From: a virus
Lineage: Duplodnaviria > Caudoviricetes
Direction: 5' to 3' (one strand)
Virus record (IMG/VR): IMGVR_UViG_3300035200_000096
Location: 1-26,741 of that record
Length of the DNA: 26,741 nt
Shown here: piece after piece, positions 7,336 through 16,127 of the stretch
How positions within the stretch are numbered: the stretch's first letter is position 1
How the letters are laid out: each line of letters begins with the position of its first letter
The notes under the pieces: generated by a model
Database searches by the model: none
Told to the model about the DNA's origin: nothing
The model's input: the letters and a program-made list of their open reading frames with translations, nothing else
Made by a program: the position numbers and the translations under genes

Positions 7336-9889
7336 CGATCTTCTCCGCGCGCTGGGCACCGAGTTCGGACAGGTATTGAAGGCCAAGACCGACGCTCTGC
7401 GTCGAGAACTCAAGCCTGCGCTCGATCAGATCGAGGAGCGGCTCAAGTCGCTCGGTGACACCGTGCTTGCCCTCCCGCAGCCGGCGCCCAGCGTCAAGGC
7501 GCTGCGGATCGAGGACGGCATGCTCAGGCTCGAACTGAGCGATGGTGCGACGCTGTTCGAGAAACTCCCCCCACCGCCGCCCGGACCTGAAGGGCAACCC
7601 GGCATCGGCATCAAGTCGGTGACCCAGGACGGCGAGCAGTTGGACTTCGAGTTCGACAACGGTGAAGTCGTGTCTGTGGTTCTCCCCCGTGGAGAGAAGG
7701 GCGAGAAGGGCGACAAGGGCGATCCCGGCGAGGTCGATCACACCCTGGTCGCCGTGCGCCTGCTGGAAGACAGCCGCGCCCGCGCCGCGCTGCGCGGTGA
7801 GAAGGGAGAGAAGGGCGCCGACGCCGACCCGGACGAGGTCGCAGCGCGGCTCGGGGGCAACGACAACTTCATCCGCGCCGTCACCGGCCCTCGCGGCGAA
7901 GAAGGGCCGCGTGGCGAGCCCGGACTCGGTTTCGAGGTCAAGCAGTGGGCGCCGGGTGTGTACCGCAAGGGTGATGTCGTGCAGTACGCCTTCGGGCGAC
8001 TGGCGCGGGCCAAGTGCGACACCTACGGCAACCCGGGACGCAGCGATGAATGGGAGCGCATCGGCACGGGCGGCTTCGACTGGTGCGGGGTCAAGCAGGA
8101 CGGGCGCGTCTACCAGGACGGCGACCTCTACATCGACAACGGGACCACGTTCCTGGTGGTCGATGGCAAGGCGCGAATCTTCGCCAAGCGAGGGACCGAT
8201 GGCAAGGATGGCACGAACGGAAGCGACGGTGTGGACGGAGCTTCCCCGGTGGGCTTCAAGTTCTCCGCGGATGGCTCCAGCATGCTCACGGTCTTCGACA
8301 ATGGTAAGTCGCTTGAGAGCGATCTGCCGGAGGCGATGGTGCTTGCTCTCAAGGCCCTCGCCGACCTTGAGCGCATGCGTGCGCAATGGGAGACCATCGG
8401 TGACCGTGAGAAGGCGCTGAACTGGCTCGATCAGATGATCGGGGCAGACGCCCCCGATGCGATCCCGGTTCGCACCTACCGGGGCACATGGCGCAGCGGC
8501 ACTCGGTATGAACGCGGCGACACAGTGACGTTCAACCGCGCCCTGTGGGTCGCGCGAGAGAGCACGTCCGCCGACATCATGGACCCCCAGGTGTGGGTCC
8601 GCATGGTGGGCGGAGGCAGCGGCACGTCAGGCAAGGCGAGTGGCGCCCCTTCGACGGTCGTCGCGGCTACTGCGAATGCCCTTCGGGCCATGCCCGGTAC
8701 GCAGGGGCAGACAGGCTTCGTGCAGGCCGACAATTCGTTCTGGATTTACGACGCCGGCATGTGGAAACAGTCGGCGGGCGGGGGAACGAGCGTGACGAGC
8801 AACTATCACTGGTCGTCGGCTACGTCGAATGCGCCAGCCGACGGAGCCATCCGGGTCAACCATCCGACCATCGGCTCCGCCAATCGGCTGATGGCGAACG
8901 TCGTGAATGCCAACGGCGGTGATGTCGGTGACATCTGGCGCGCACTGAATGTCGGGGACATCGTCCAGTTGCAGAGCGCGGTCAACCTGAACCAGATGAT
9001 CCAGCTCGAGCTTACCGCGGCTCCCAGCGACCACACGACCTACGTTGACCTTCACGTCAAGGTGCGCGCCGATAGCGGCTTCGCCCCTGCGGACGGCGAG
9101 GCGCTGATTGCCACCATCGACCACGCCCGCGGCCCGGTGAATGCCGCCGACGTGTCGATCGTCGATCAGGGCAACTACCTGAGCGCGACCAACGTCGAGG
9201 GCGCACTGCAAGAACTCTCGAACGTGGTGTTCGCCCCACCCATTCCGACGCCCCCGATCACAGCGCCAGAGGTGTCCGTCACCGACGCCGGCAACTACTT
9301 CACGGGGACCAACGTCGAGGCGGCGCTGCAAGAACTCGGAGCGAAGCCGGCGCCGACGCCCCCCACGGCTGCTCAGGTGCCCATCGTCGATGCTGGTGGG
9401 CACTTCACGGCGACCAACGTCGAGACCGCGTTGCAAGAACTGGCGACGAAACCCAGCGGCGGCACCCCCACCGCCGCCCAGGTGACGATCGCCGACGCTG
9501 GTGGGCACTTCAGTTCCGCGGATGTCGAGGGCGCGCTGCAAGAACTGGCGACGAAGCCCGCCACACTGAAGCCCAACATCTACGGGGTGGTGGACATCAC
9601 CAACGCTTCGCAGGCGATCCGTGTCGTTGCAACGGGGCAGCCACCCCCGTTGCTGGCACCTCATATTCTGGTGAGCATCATGCCCATCGTAGTCGGCAGC
9701 GCAGGGTCGCTAACGCTCTACGACGACATCAACGCCAACACCGCGACACAGAAGCGATTTACCCGCGCCGCCGCTGACATGCAGGCCGGAAAGGTCTATC
9801 CAGTTGGTCGCATGACGATGGAGATCGGAACCTTCATCGGGGCCCTTCCGACAGGTGGCGAGTACATCCTCAACGTGGTGCTGCCATGA
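7328..9889 (+). CDS. collagen-like head/neck fibre protein (853 aa)
   Basis: N-terminal coiled coil, G-X-Y runs, W.PGVY.KGD.V and Y.RGD.VTF..ALW motifs, four NVE.ALQEL repeats. Confidence 0.7.
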   Translation: MNDDLLRALGTEFGQVLKAKTDALRRELKPALDQIEERLKSLGDTVLALPQPAPSVKALRIEDGMLRLELSDGATLFEKLPPPPPGPEGQPGIGIKSVTQDGEQLDFEFDNGEVVSVVLPRGEKGEKGDKGDPGEVDHTLVAVRLLEDSRARAALRGEKGEKGADADPDEVAARLGGNDNFIRAVTGPRGEEGPRGEPGLGFEVKQWAPGVYRKGDVVQYAFGRLARAKCDTYGNPGRSDEWERIGTGGFDWCGVKQDGRVYQDGDLYIDNGTTFLVVDGKARIFAKRGTDGKDGTNGSDGVDGASPVGFKFSADGSSMLTVFDNGKSLESDLPEAMVLALKALADLERMRAQWETIGDREKALNWLDQMIGADAPDAIPVRTYRGTWRSGTRYERGDTVTFNRALWVARESTSADIMDPQVWVRMVGGGSGTSGKASGAPSTVVAATANALRAMPGTQGQTGFVQADNSFWIYDAGMWKQSAGGGTSVTSNYHWSSATSNAPADGAIRVNHPTIGSANRLMANVVNANGGDVGDIWRALNVGDIVQLQSAVNLNQMIQLELTAAPSDHTTYVDLHVKVRADSGFAPADGEALIATIDHARGPVNAADVSIVDQGNYLSATNVEGALQELSNVVFAPPIPTPPITAPEVSVTDAGNYFTGTNVEAALQELGAKPAPTPPTAAQVPIVDAGGHFTATNVETALQELATKPSGGTPTAAQVTIADAGGHFSSADVEGALQELATKPATLKPNIYGVVDITNASQAIRVVATGQPPPLLAPHILVSIMPIVVGSAGSLTLYDDINANTATQKRFTRAAADMQAGKVYPVGRMTMEIGTFIGALPTGGEYILNVVLP
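9143..9559 (+). repeat. four tandem intragenic repeats A..V.I.DAG..F.AT(N/D)VE.ALQEL with Pro-rich linkers
   Basis: visible in protein and DNA (GTCGAG...GCAAGAACT four times). Confidence 0.9.
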
Positions 9890-10488
9890 GTGACATCCAG
9901 GCAATGGGGCAGAGCAAGGCGATCCGGGTCGCAGCGTCGGGCTGCGTCTCAACCGATGTGTTGCTGGTGGCTGGAGTGCTGATCGAAGCTCCCGGAACGT
10001 CGGGCTACTGGAACTTCCTGGAGCAGCAGACGCTGATCAACGCTTCCAGCACCTTCACCGCCGCAGCCGACGACAAGCTCACCAACAGCGGCGGCGACCC
10101 TTGGTTCCTGAATGGCATCGGAGGTCTGCCGACCGGGATGCGTGTGTCACTCAGCAACAGCGGAGGCGGGTTGCCCCCGGCGACACCAGTTCTCGCAGCC
10201 GGCACCCCCTATTGGGTGATTCGTGACACACCCACCACGATCAAGCTCGCCTCGAACCTGGCGAATGCACTGGCCGGCATCGCCATCGACATCTCAGGAC
10301 CGGGCACTGGCACGCACACGATCTCGTGGCCGTTGACGCATGAGCTTCGATACCCGGAGATGCTGTTCAGCGATGTCAAGGCCGGTGACTTCATTCGGTT
10401 CTGCGACGCCGACTTCAGCAAGTTCCAGCAGATGTACATCGGTGTTCCGGCCGGCGGCATCGCGCACCTTCTGGTCTATCCGAGGTAA
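9886..10488 (+). CDS. virion structural protein
   Basis: ATGA-coupled; contains GLPTG.RV...LP...YWVI....TIKLAS..ANA.AG.AIDI.G.GTGTH, a module seen in phage virion proteins. Confidence 0.65.
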   Translation: MSDIQAMGQSKAIRVAASGCVSTDVLLVAGVLIEAPGTSGYWNFLEQQTLINASSTFTAAADDKLTNSGGDPWFLNGIGGLPTGMRVSLSNSGGGLPPATPVLAAGTPYWVIRDTPTTIKLASNLANALAGIAIDISGPGTGTHTISWPLTHELRYPEMLFSDVKAGDFIRFCDADFSKFQQMYIGVPAGGIAHLLVYPR

Positions 10489-10490
10489 TC

Positions 10491-12626
10491 ATGGCAGCAC
10501 GCACAGCCGCATACTTTCGTGCCCCAAACCCGAACTACGGCATCACCGCGAGCATCGGCGGCACCAACGAGACCTGGGGTGGCACGGGGACGATCAACGA
10601 CCCGTGGCGCTGGGTGCCAGACGCCAATGGAACCGCCGAGACAAAGCTGAATCAGGAGATCGCCGCTGGGAAGCTCGTCTATCTGAATCAAGGCGGCATC
10701 TTTCGGGACGTTGACTTGTCACTCATCGGCTATCAGGTCGTGCGAGACATCGCTTCGGCTCCGGCCAATGGGGCCATCGTCCGCCCCTACTGCCCTACCG
10801 ATAGCCAGTACACCAACGCCGGTCTGTCCGCTGACAACGCAGACTTGCCGGCCTTCGACGGGATGATCTACGACCCGCCAGTCGCAAGCGGCACGGGTGG
10901 TTGGACGTACAACGCAACGAATGGTTGTTGGGAGAAAGCGATTGCCCACGAGTTCGGGGCGTTCAATGCTGCTTACTCCGCCGGCAGCTACGTGAAGATG
11001 TGGGCCAACGCTCGGTGCGGGGTGCCTTGTGATGTGGCGCAGCGCCGGCAACTACGTCGTCGCACTGGAAACACGGGGCTCAACTGCGTTCGATTCGGAG
11101 ACTGGATCACCAAGACCCCGGGCATTCCACCAGTCGTGGCGATCTTCACAGGGAACCACTCAGGTCTCGGTGTCACCGACCCAAGCAATAGTCCGGCGCG
11201 CGTGTTCGACGGTCTGGGGATGCTTTTTTCACAGACAGCCGGCGGCGGCGTTCGCGATCTTCTGTACTTTGGTGGCTCGTTCTCTCGCGTTCGGTTTGAG
11301 GACATCCAGTGCATCGGTGGGTCGATCTCCCTTGCACAACACACCGCAACAGCGTTGGTGTCCGACATCGAACTCGTCAGACCACTATTTCATTGCATGG
11401 GTCAAAACGGCGTCGTCGCCACAGGTCGCAATGCTCAGACTCGTCATGACTCTGGAGTCAACCGTGTGCGAATCGTCGAGCCTCGGTTCTACGCAGATCA
11501 TGACCCCAGCGCCAATCAAGCTGAAGATGACAACGGCCCTGGGAAGCCGTGGAGTGGCGGCGGATATGCCTATTGCGACACTGTGAGCCTCAAGGGGAAC
11601 ATCGCCAACATCTCGATCGTTGACCCCTACATCGAGACCGATGGGCATGCCTGCATCGAGATTTTTCCTGACGCTGACGCCGCGCTCGACGTACCAAACA
11701 GCACCAGCAACGAGGGGAACTGGCCTCGGAACATCGAGATTTACGGTACACGTCGAGGGTCGGCCAAAGGTCTCATGAAGGGGCATCTACCTGAAGGACA
11801 GTTCGGTTACTACCGTTTCGCAGGGGTTTACTCGTGGGGCTCGGTGCGGATCGAGAACTTCGAGGTCGTCGGGCAGACCGTTCGCACACAACTTATCGGG
11901 CGCGTTCGGTATCTGAACAACCACATGCACAGTTTCGGCCCTTGCCTAACTCCGTATGAAGGGGGTGGGGGCGCGTCAACCAACATCGGGAACGACGGGG
12001 CGATCGACATCAGCACCGCCACGACTGCTCCGACCGGAGCCAACGTGAAGACCGGAGCCTTGGAACTCAGGGGGAACATCGTCGAAAACCCCTGGAATGA
12101 GGTGTTGATGATGTACCTGCGTGAAGACGGGATTTATCCAGAGGCCGGTGGGATCATCGTCGCCGACAACCTGTTCATCGACGTGCTGCATTGGGACATG
12201 AAGGTGCAGCGGAGCAGCAATCTCGTCCCGGGTCGTAGCCGCGAAGCCTACGTGGCGACGGTGGGCAATGCCTTCGCGTCTGCGTGGGTGTCGTCGTCAA
12301 GCGGGGTCGCAGGCAAGCCGGCGCAGATGTTCTACAACAACGTGTGGATTCGCCCGAACGCGAATGTGTTTGCACATGGGCTGTATAGCACCTCACTCAT
12401 GACCCTGATTCCGAACAGCGTGAACGGCGCTGCCCCGTTGACTCTGGACTGCCAGAACAATGTGCAGTTCGCTTCGCTCGCTGACGCTGGCATCAACCCG
12501 TCCACGTTCAGGCCGGAGACCGGGAGCCCGGTGATCGGCGCTGCGAAGGACTACAAACTGCGGCGCGACGCCGAGGGCGAACTGCGTCCGAAGACCGCCG
12601 CTATCGGCCCCCTGGAACCGGCGTGA
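10491..12626 (+). CDS. putative parallel beta-helix spike/depolymerase (711 aa)
   Basis: Asn/Gly-rich beta pattern (LRGNIV, VADNLF, FYNNVW); C-terminal FRP..GSPVIG...D.EG..R....IGPLE cap. Confidence 0.55.
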   Translation: MAARTAAYFRAPNPNYGITASIGGTNETWGGTGTINDPWRWVPDANGTAETKLNQEIAAGKLVYLNQGGIFRDVDLSLIGYQVVRDIASAPANGAIVRPYCPTDSQYTNAGLSADNADLPAFDGMIYDPPVASGTGGWTYNATNGCWEKAIAHEFGAFNAAYSAGSYVKMWANARCGVPCDVAQRRQLRRRTGNTGLNCVRFGDWITKTPGIPPVVAIFTGNHSGLGVTDPSNSPARVFDGLGMLFSQTAGGGVRDLLYFGGSFSRVRFEDIQCIGGSISLAQHTATALVSDIELVRPLFHCMGQNGVVATGRNAQTRHDSGVNRVRIVEPRFYADHDPSANQAEDDNGPGKPWSGGGYAYCDTVSLKGNIANISIVDPYIETDGHACIEIFPDADAALDVPNSTSNEGNWPRNIEIYGTRRGSAKGLMKGHLPEGQFGYYRFAGVYSWGSVRIENFEVVGQTVRTQLIGRVRYLNNHMHSFGPCLTPYEGGGGASTNIGNDGAIDISTATTAPTGANVKTGALELRGNIVENPWNEVLMMYLREDGIYPEAGGIIVADNLFIDVLHWDMKVQRSSNLVPGRSREAYVATVGNAFASAWVSSSSGVAGKPAQMFYNNVWIRPNANVFAHGLYSTSLMTLIPNSVNGAAPLTLDCQNNVQFASLADAGINPSTFRPETGSPVIGAAKDYKLRRDAEGELRPKTAAIGPLEPA

Positions 12627-12880
12627 AAGCCATCACCCTCGCCCTCGCCCTCACCGGCTGCGCCCAGGTCGTCCAGGTGCCGCAGCCGAGGGCGTTGCTG
12701 ACCCCGCCGGTCAATCCGTCGTGCATCTGGTGGTGCATCGCGGAGATCAGCCTCGTGGACAGCGAGGGCGCAGCGATTCATGGCGCAGCCGGCGCGGTGT
12801 CGATTGCGAAGCCGATCACCTCCAGCCAGTCCTCCCAGGTCAACGTGAGCGAGACCGACACCCTTTCGACGGGCAAATGA
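12623..12880 (+). CDS. small lipoprotein
   Basis: MKAITLALALTG-C lipobox. Confidence 0.6.
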   Translation: MKAITLALALTGCAQVVQVPQPRALLTPPVNPSCIWWCIAEISLVDSEGAAIHGAAGAVSIAKPITSSQSSQVNVSETDTLSTGK

Positions 12881-12881
12881 C

Positions 12882-13496
12882 ATGGCGCAGCACGAGCACT
12901 ACTACTTCCCCATCGACCCTGCGACACTGAGGGTTCGCGCTGGGCTGGCGGCTGACGATGATTCGCGCGACAACGAGATCACCCTGGCGGCGCGGCTGTC
13001 GCAGGAGATGTTGGAAGCCTACCTCGACCGAGAACTGACGTTCGGCAAGCGCGTCGAGTTCTTCACGCATGACCGTGGGCCGACACTCACGCTCGCGGCC
13101 TACCCGGTGGATGGGGATGTCATCGTGCGCGGCGTCGATGACTCGGCAATCCCCGACTCGTTCCATGTCGCCCGCTCGACGGGTCTGGTTCAACTGGACT
13201 GGATCAACGGCACGCACGAGATCGAAGTCGAGTACCACGGCGGGTTCGAGCTTCCCCCCGCGGCGATCGGTACGGCCATCCTGGTGGGCTTCGACTACGT
13301 GTGGGCCAACGTCATCAACGCCGCAGGGATGGTCCAGGGCGCAGGCGCGATCAAGTCGCTGTCGGTGCCTGACGTGGGCACCGTGTCGTTCTTCGACGGC
13401 TCCGGCGCCAGCGGTGACGGGGGCGGCGACGGAGCCCCCGCGGCATTCGGTGCGATGAGTGACCTGCTGGCCCCGTACCGGAGGCGCTGGGTGTGA
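12882..13496 (+). CDS. head-tail connector (adaptor)
   Basis: LEAYLDREL, VEYHGGF, C-terminal LLAPYRR. Confidence 0.85.
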   Translation: MAQHEHYYFPIDPATLRVRAGLAADDDSRDNEITLAARLSQEMLEAYLDRELTFGKRVEFFTHDRGPTLTLAAYPVDGDVIVRGVDDSAIPDSFHVARSTGLVQLDWINGTHEIEVEYHGGFELPPAAIGTAILVGFDYVWANVINAAGMVQGAGAIKSLSVPDVGTVSFFDGSGASGDGGGDGAPAAFGAMSDLLAPYRRRWV

Positions 13497-13816
13497 ACGA
13501 GAGCCAGTATCGCTCGGTGATCAACCGGCTCGGGTTCCCTGGAACCTTCGAGAAGGTGAAGCCGCCGCATACGCGCATCAACATCGCGCGCATCGGCCAG
13601 CGGGCGCTGCGCCCCGACGATGCCCTCGTGAACAGCTACGGGGTCGGGGCGCGCATCGTCACCATCGCCGCCGCTGACCTCCCTGGTGTCGTGCCTGAGA
13701 AGTTCGACGCCGTGCGGATTGGCGACGAGCGCATCGTGTTCGAGCATGTCGAGCCGGCGCACGAGCCCGGGTCCGGCAAGGTCATCGGCTGGCGCTGCTA
13801 CGTGAAGGGCAAGTGA
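13493..13816 (+). CDS. head closure / head-tail joining protein
   Basis: 107 aa beta-rich; position after the adaptor; P.KFD.V.IG motif. Confidence 0.65.
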   Translation: MNESQYRSVINRLGFPGTFEKVKPPHTRINIARIGQRALRPDDALVNSYGVGARIVTIAAADLPGVVPEKFDAVRIGDERIVFEHVEPAHEPGSGKVIGWRCYVKGK

Positions 13817-14217
13817 TGTCAACCCTTCACGCCAGAACGCTCGTGCATTCTTGGGCCGCTGCCCAGGCGCTGCCGTTCTACGACACGGTCAACGTCGAGC
13901 AGAACCCCGCCGATCCGATCTGGTTCACTATCGAATGGGACATCCCCTTCGGCGACCCTCTCACCTACTGCGGCGACAAGCTGTTGGAGGGCTCCTTCTC
14001 CTTGGTGTTCTTCGGGACGTCAGGGGAGACAGCCATCCCTCTATTGACTGCGGCGGAGCCGGTGGTACAAAGCTTCATGGCGAACGTCGATCCATCGGGG
14101 AACCTCACCCTGCTGGATTGCGGCGTCGCCGAAGACTTCTGGTCGGGGGGTGACGCACCCCTGTTCGGAATTGCCTTTCGCGTCAGTTATGAACTCTCAC
14201 TGAAAGGACTGCCATGA
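13816..14217 (+). CDS. tail terminator / completion protein
   Basis: size and position directly before the tail tube gene; TGATG coupling. Confidence 0.65.
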   Translation: MSTLHARTLVHSWAAAQALPFYDTVNVEQNPADPIWFTIEWDIPFGDPLTYCGDKLLEGSFSLVFFGTSGETAIPLLTAAEPVVQSFMANVDPSGNLTLLDCGVAEDFWSGGDAPLFGIAFRVSYELSLKGLP

Positions 14218-14873
14218 GTGCAATCTCCTCGAAGGGCATCTCGGTCTACATCACGTCCAAGGCGCCCACCGTTCTCAACCTCATCCCGACTGCCATCTCG
14301 AAGGCATCGCCGGCCGAAGTCACCGTGGCCTCGGCCACGGGCGTCAACATCGGCGATCTCGTCAAGATGGAGGGCACCGGCTTCAACGAGATCGAAGGCA
14401 AGACCTACGTGGTCGGAGCCGTCGATACGGGCACCAACAAGTTCAGCCTGCTCGGCTCCGACACCACGGGCTCGACCGGCACGCTGGGCTCCAGCCCGAA
14501 GGCCACCGTGACCCAGGTCGCGGACATGGTCAAGCTGTGCCTGAGCAACATCACCATCAACCCGGAGACCCCCGGCACGATCCCCGCCGGCACCTACTGC
14601 GACCCGTCGGCCTCGCTGCCCGCGGTGAGCACCAGCGCCGGCACGATCACGCTGGATGGCTTCATCGACAAGTCCGACAACGGCTACAAGGAACTGCTCA
14701 TGGCAGCCGAGGAAGCCCAGGAGCGGTGGATCGAGGTGTTGCTGCCGCAGAGCCAGGGCTACGTCATCTTCCCGGTGACGCTGTCCAGCATCTCGTTCGG
14801 CCTGCCCCTGGACGGCGGCCTGACGTTCTCGGCGACTGGTGCGCTCGGCTCGAAGCCGCGTCACCTGTTCTGA
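14214..14873 (+). CDS. major tail tube protein (Phage_tail_3-like)
   Basis: AISKASPAEVT...GDLVK insertion domain; GTITLDGF; AAGGA RBS. Confidence 0.85.
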   Translation: MSAISSKGISVYITSKAPTVLNLIPTAISKASPAEVTVASATGVNIGDLVKMEGTGFNEIEGKTYVVGAVDTGTNKFSLLGSDTTGSTGTLGSSPKATVTQVADMVKLCLSNITINPETPGTIPAGTYCDPSASLPAVSTSAGTITLDGFIDKSDNGYKELLMAAEEAQERWIEVLLPQSQGYVIFPVTLSSISFGLPLDGGLTFSATGALGSKPRHLF

Positions 14874-14962
14874 TGTTCAACGGGGGTGGATGGCGGTCAC
14901 CGTGAGGCCCGCGGGGTGTCTCCACCCTCCAAGCATCCACCCCCACCACCTTGGAAAAGACC

Positions 14963-15172
14963 ATGTATACGACTCGACCCTACACCGTCCGCGACATGCT
15001 GGAGACGGAAGCCATGCAGTTCCCCTCGGACCAAGCTCGCATGATCGAGGTGGTCCGGCGCTGCACTCTCCTGGATGGCCGCCAGATCACCGAAGCCGAG
15101 GTCTACGACATGCCCGCCGCCGACTTCGGCCGGCTCGTCGGGGAGATCACGAGCCCCCCGTCGAAAGCCTGA
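14963..15172 (+). CDS. tail assembly chaperone (gpG-like)
   Basis: short gene after the tail tube, ending in a slippery C-run. Confidence 0.75.
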   Translation: MYTTRPYTVRDMLETEAMQFPSDQARMIEVVRRCTLLDGRQITEAEVYDMPAADFGRLVGEITSPPSKA

Positions 15173-15360
15173 GCCCGATCGAAGAAGCCGTGTTCATGAT
15201 CGCAGGGCACCTCGGAAAGACGGTCGAAGAACTCGGCAGCATGTCGATGCACGAGTGCGTCCGCTGGATGAAGTTCCTTGCGAGCAAGCGCACGGGCTCA
15301 GGCAAACCGAAGATCAACCCTGACGACCCGAAGGCGATCCTCAATGCGTTGGGGCTGTGA
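15154..15360 (+). CDS. -1 frameshift extension of the tail chaperone (gpGT-like)
   Basis: C CCC CCG at 15154-15160; the -1 frame reads PVESLSPIEEAVFMIAGHLGKTVEELGSMSMHECVRW... Confidence 0.7.
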   Translation, partial: PPVESLSPIEEAVFMIAGHLGKTVEELGSMSMHECVRWMKFLASKRTGSGKPKINPDDPKAILNALGL

Positions 15361-16127
15361 CCATGCCGCCTCCGGTCATCTCGTTCCGCTCGGTCTCGGT
15401 ACACGACAGCCTCGGCTTTGCGCAAGACGTAACCAAGGCGCTTGAGGAGACCGCGATCCCTGTGTTCCGCCAGTGGGCGCAGGAACTTCTCGACGAGGAG
15501 ATCGCGCGGCGCAAAGCAGAGGGTGAAGACGAACCCTACTACAGCGTCAACGTCGATGGCACACCCAACGTGCCACGAAGCACGGTCGCAGGCGCGCGTA
15601 GACGGGTCATCTACGAGTTCCTATGGGACATCGTGCAGGTCGGTCTGGCCGAGATGACGCAGATCATGCAACGGTCGATTGCCCGCGGGGCGTCACCGCG
15701 CAGTTGGATTCAGAAGCAACTCATCGCCAGCAAGGTGCGGGTGTTCTACGGGTCGAAGGAAGGGATGCGCGAGGTCTCGTCGAGCGCAGACATCAAGAAC
15801 TTCCAGCCGGGGGAGTACATCTACCTCGTCCCCGACGCCACGACACAGGTCTACGCGAACGCAAGCAAGTACGGTGCATCACACTTCATGGCGAACGCTT
15901 CAGCGTCGATTCGCCGAAAAGCCAAGATCACCAAGAGCACTTCGTCTCTGCGCGTGTCGGCGGTGCGATCACGAGCCGTCTGGGAGCGGCTACAGGTCAT
16001 CAACAGACCTCGTAGCGGCACACCCATCAAGGCCACGATCCAAGGTCAGAATCAGCGCGGGCCGACGTATGCCTGGGCCATTGCGATCCGGTATCGCAGC
16101 GGTGTGAAACGAAGGGTGCCTCGATGA
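15357..16127 (+). CDS. basic tail-region protein (possibly HK97 gp10-like)
   Basis: coupled ORF between chaperone and tape measure; Arg/Lys-rich; family uncertain. Confidence 0.5.
   Translation: MTMPPPVISFRSVSVHDSLGFAQDVTKALEETAIPVFRQWAQELLDEEIARRKAEGEDEPYYSVNVDGTPNVPRSTVAGARRRVIYEFLWDIVQVGLAEMTQIMQRSIARGASPRSWIQKQLIASKVRVFYGSKEGMREVSSSADIKNFQPGEYIYLVPDATTQVYANASKYGASHFMANASASIRRKAKITKSTSSLRVSAVRSRAVWERLQVINRPRSGTPIKATIQGQNQRGPTYAWAIAIRYRSGVKRRVPR

Noticed and set aside
11944-11950. Isolated GCCTAAC
   Set aside because: Inside a long CDS with no L boxes or matching GTTRRRY.
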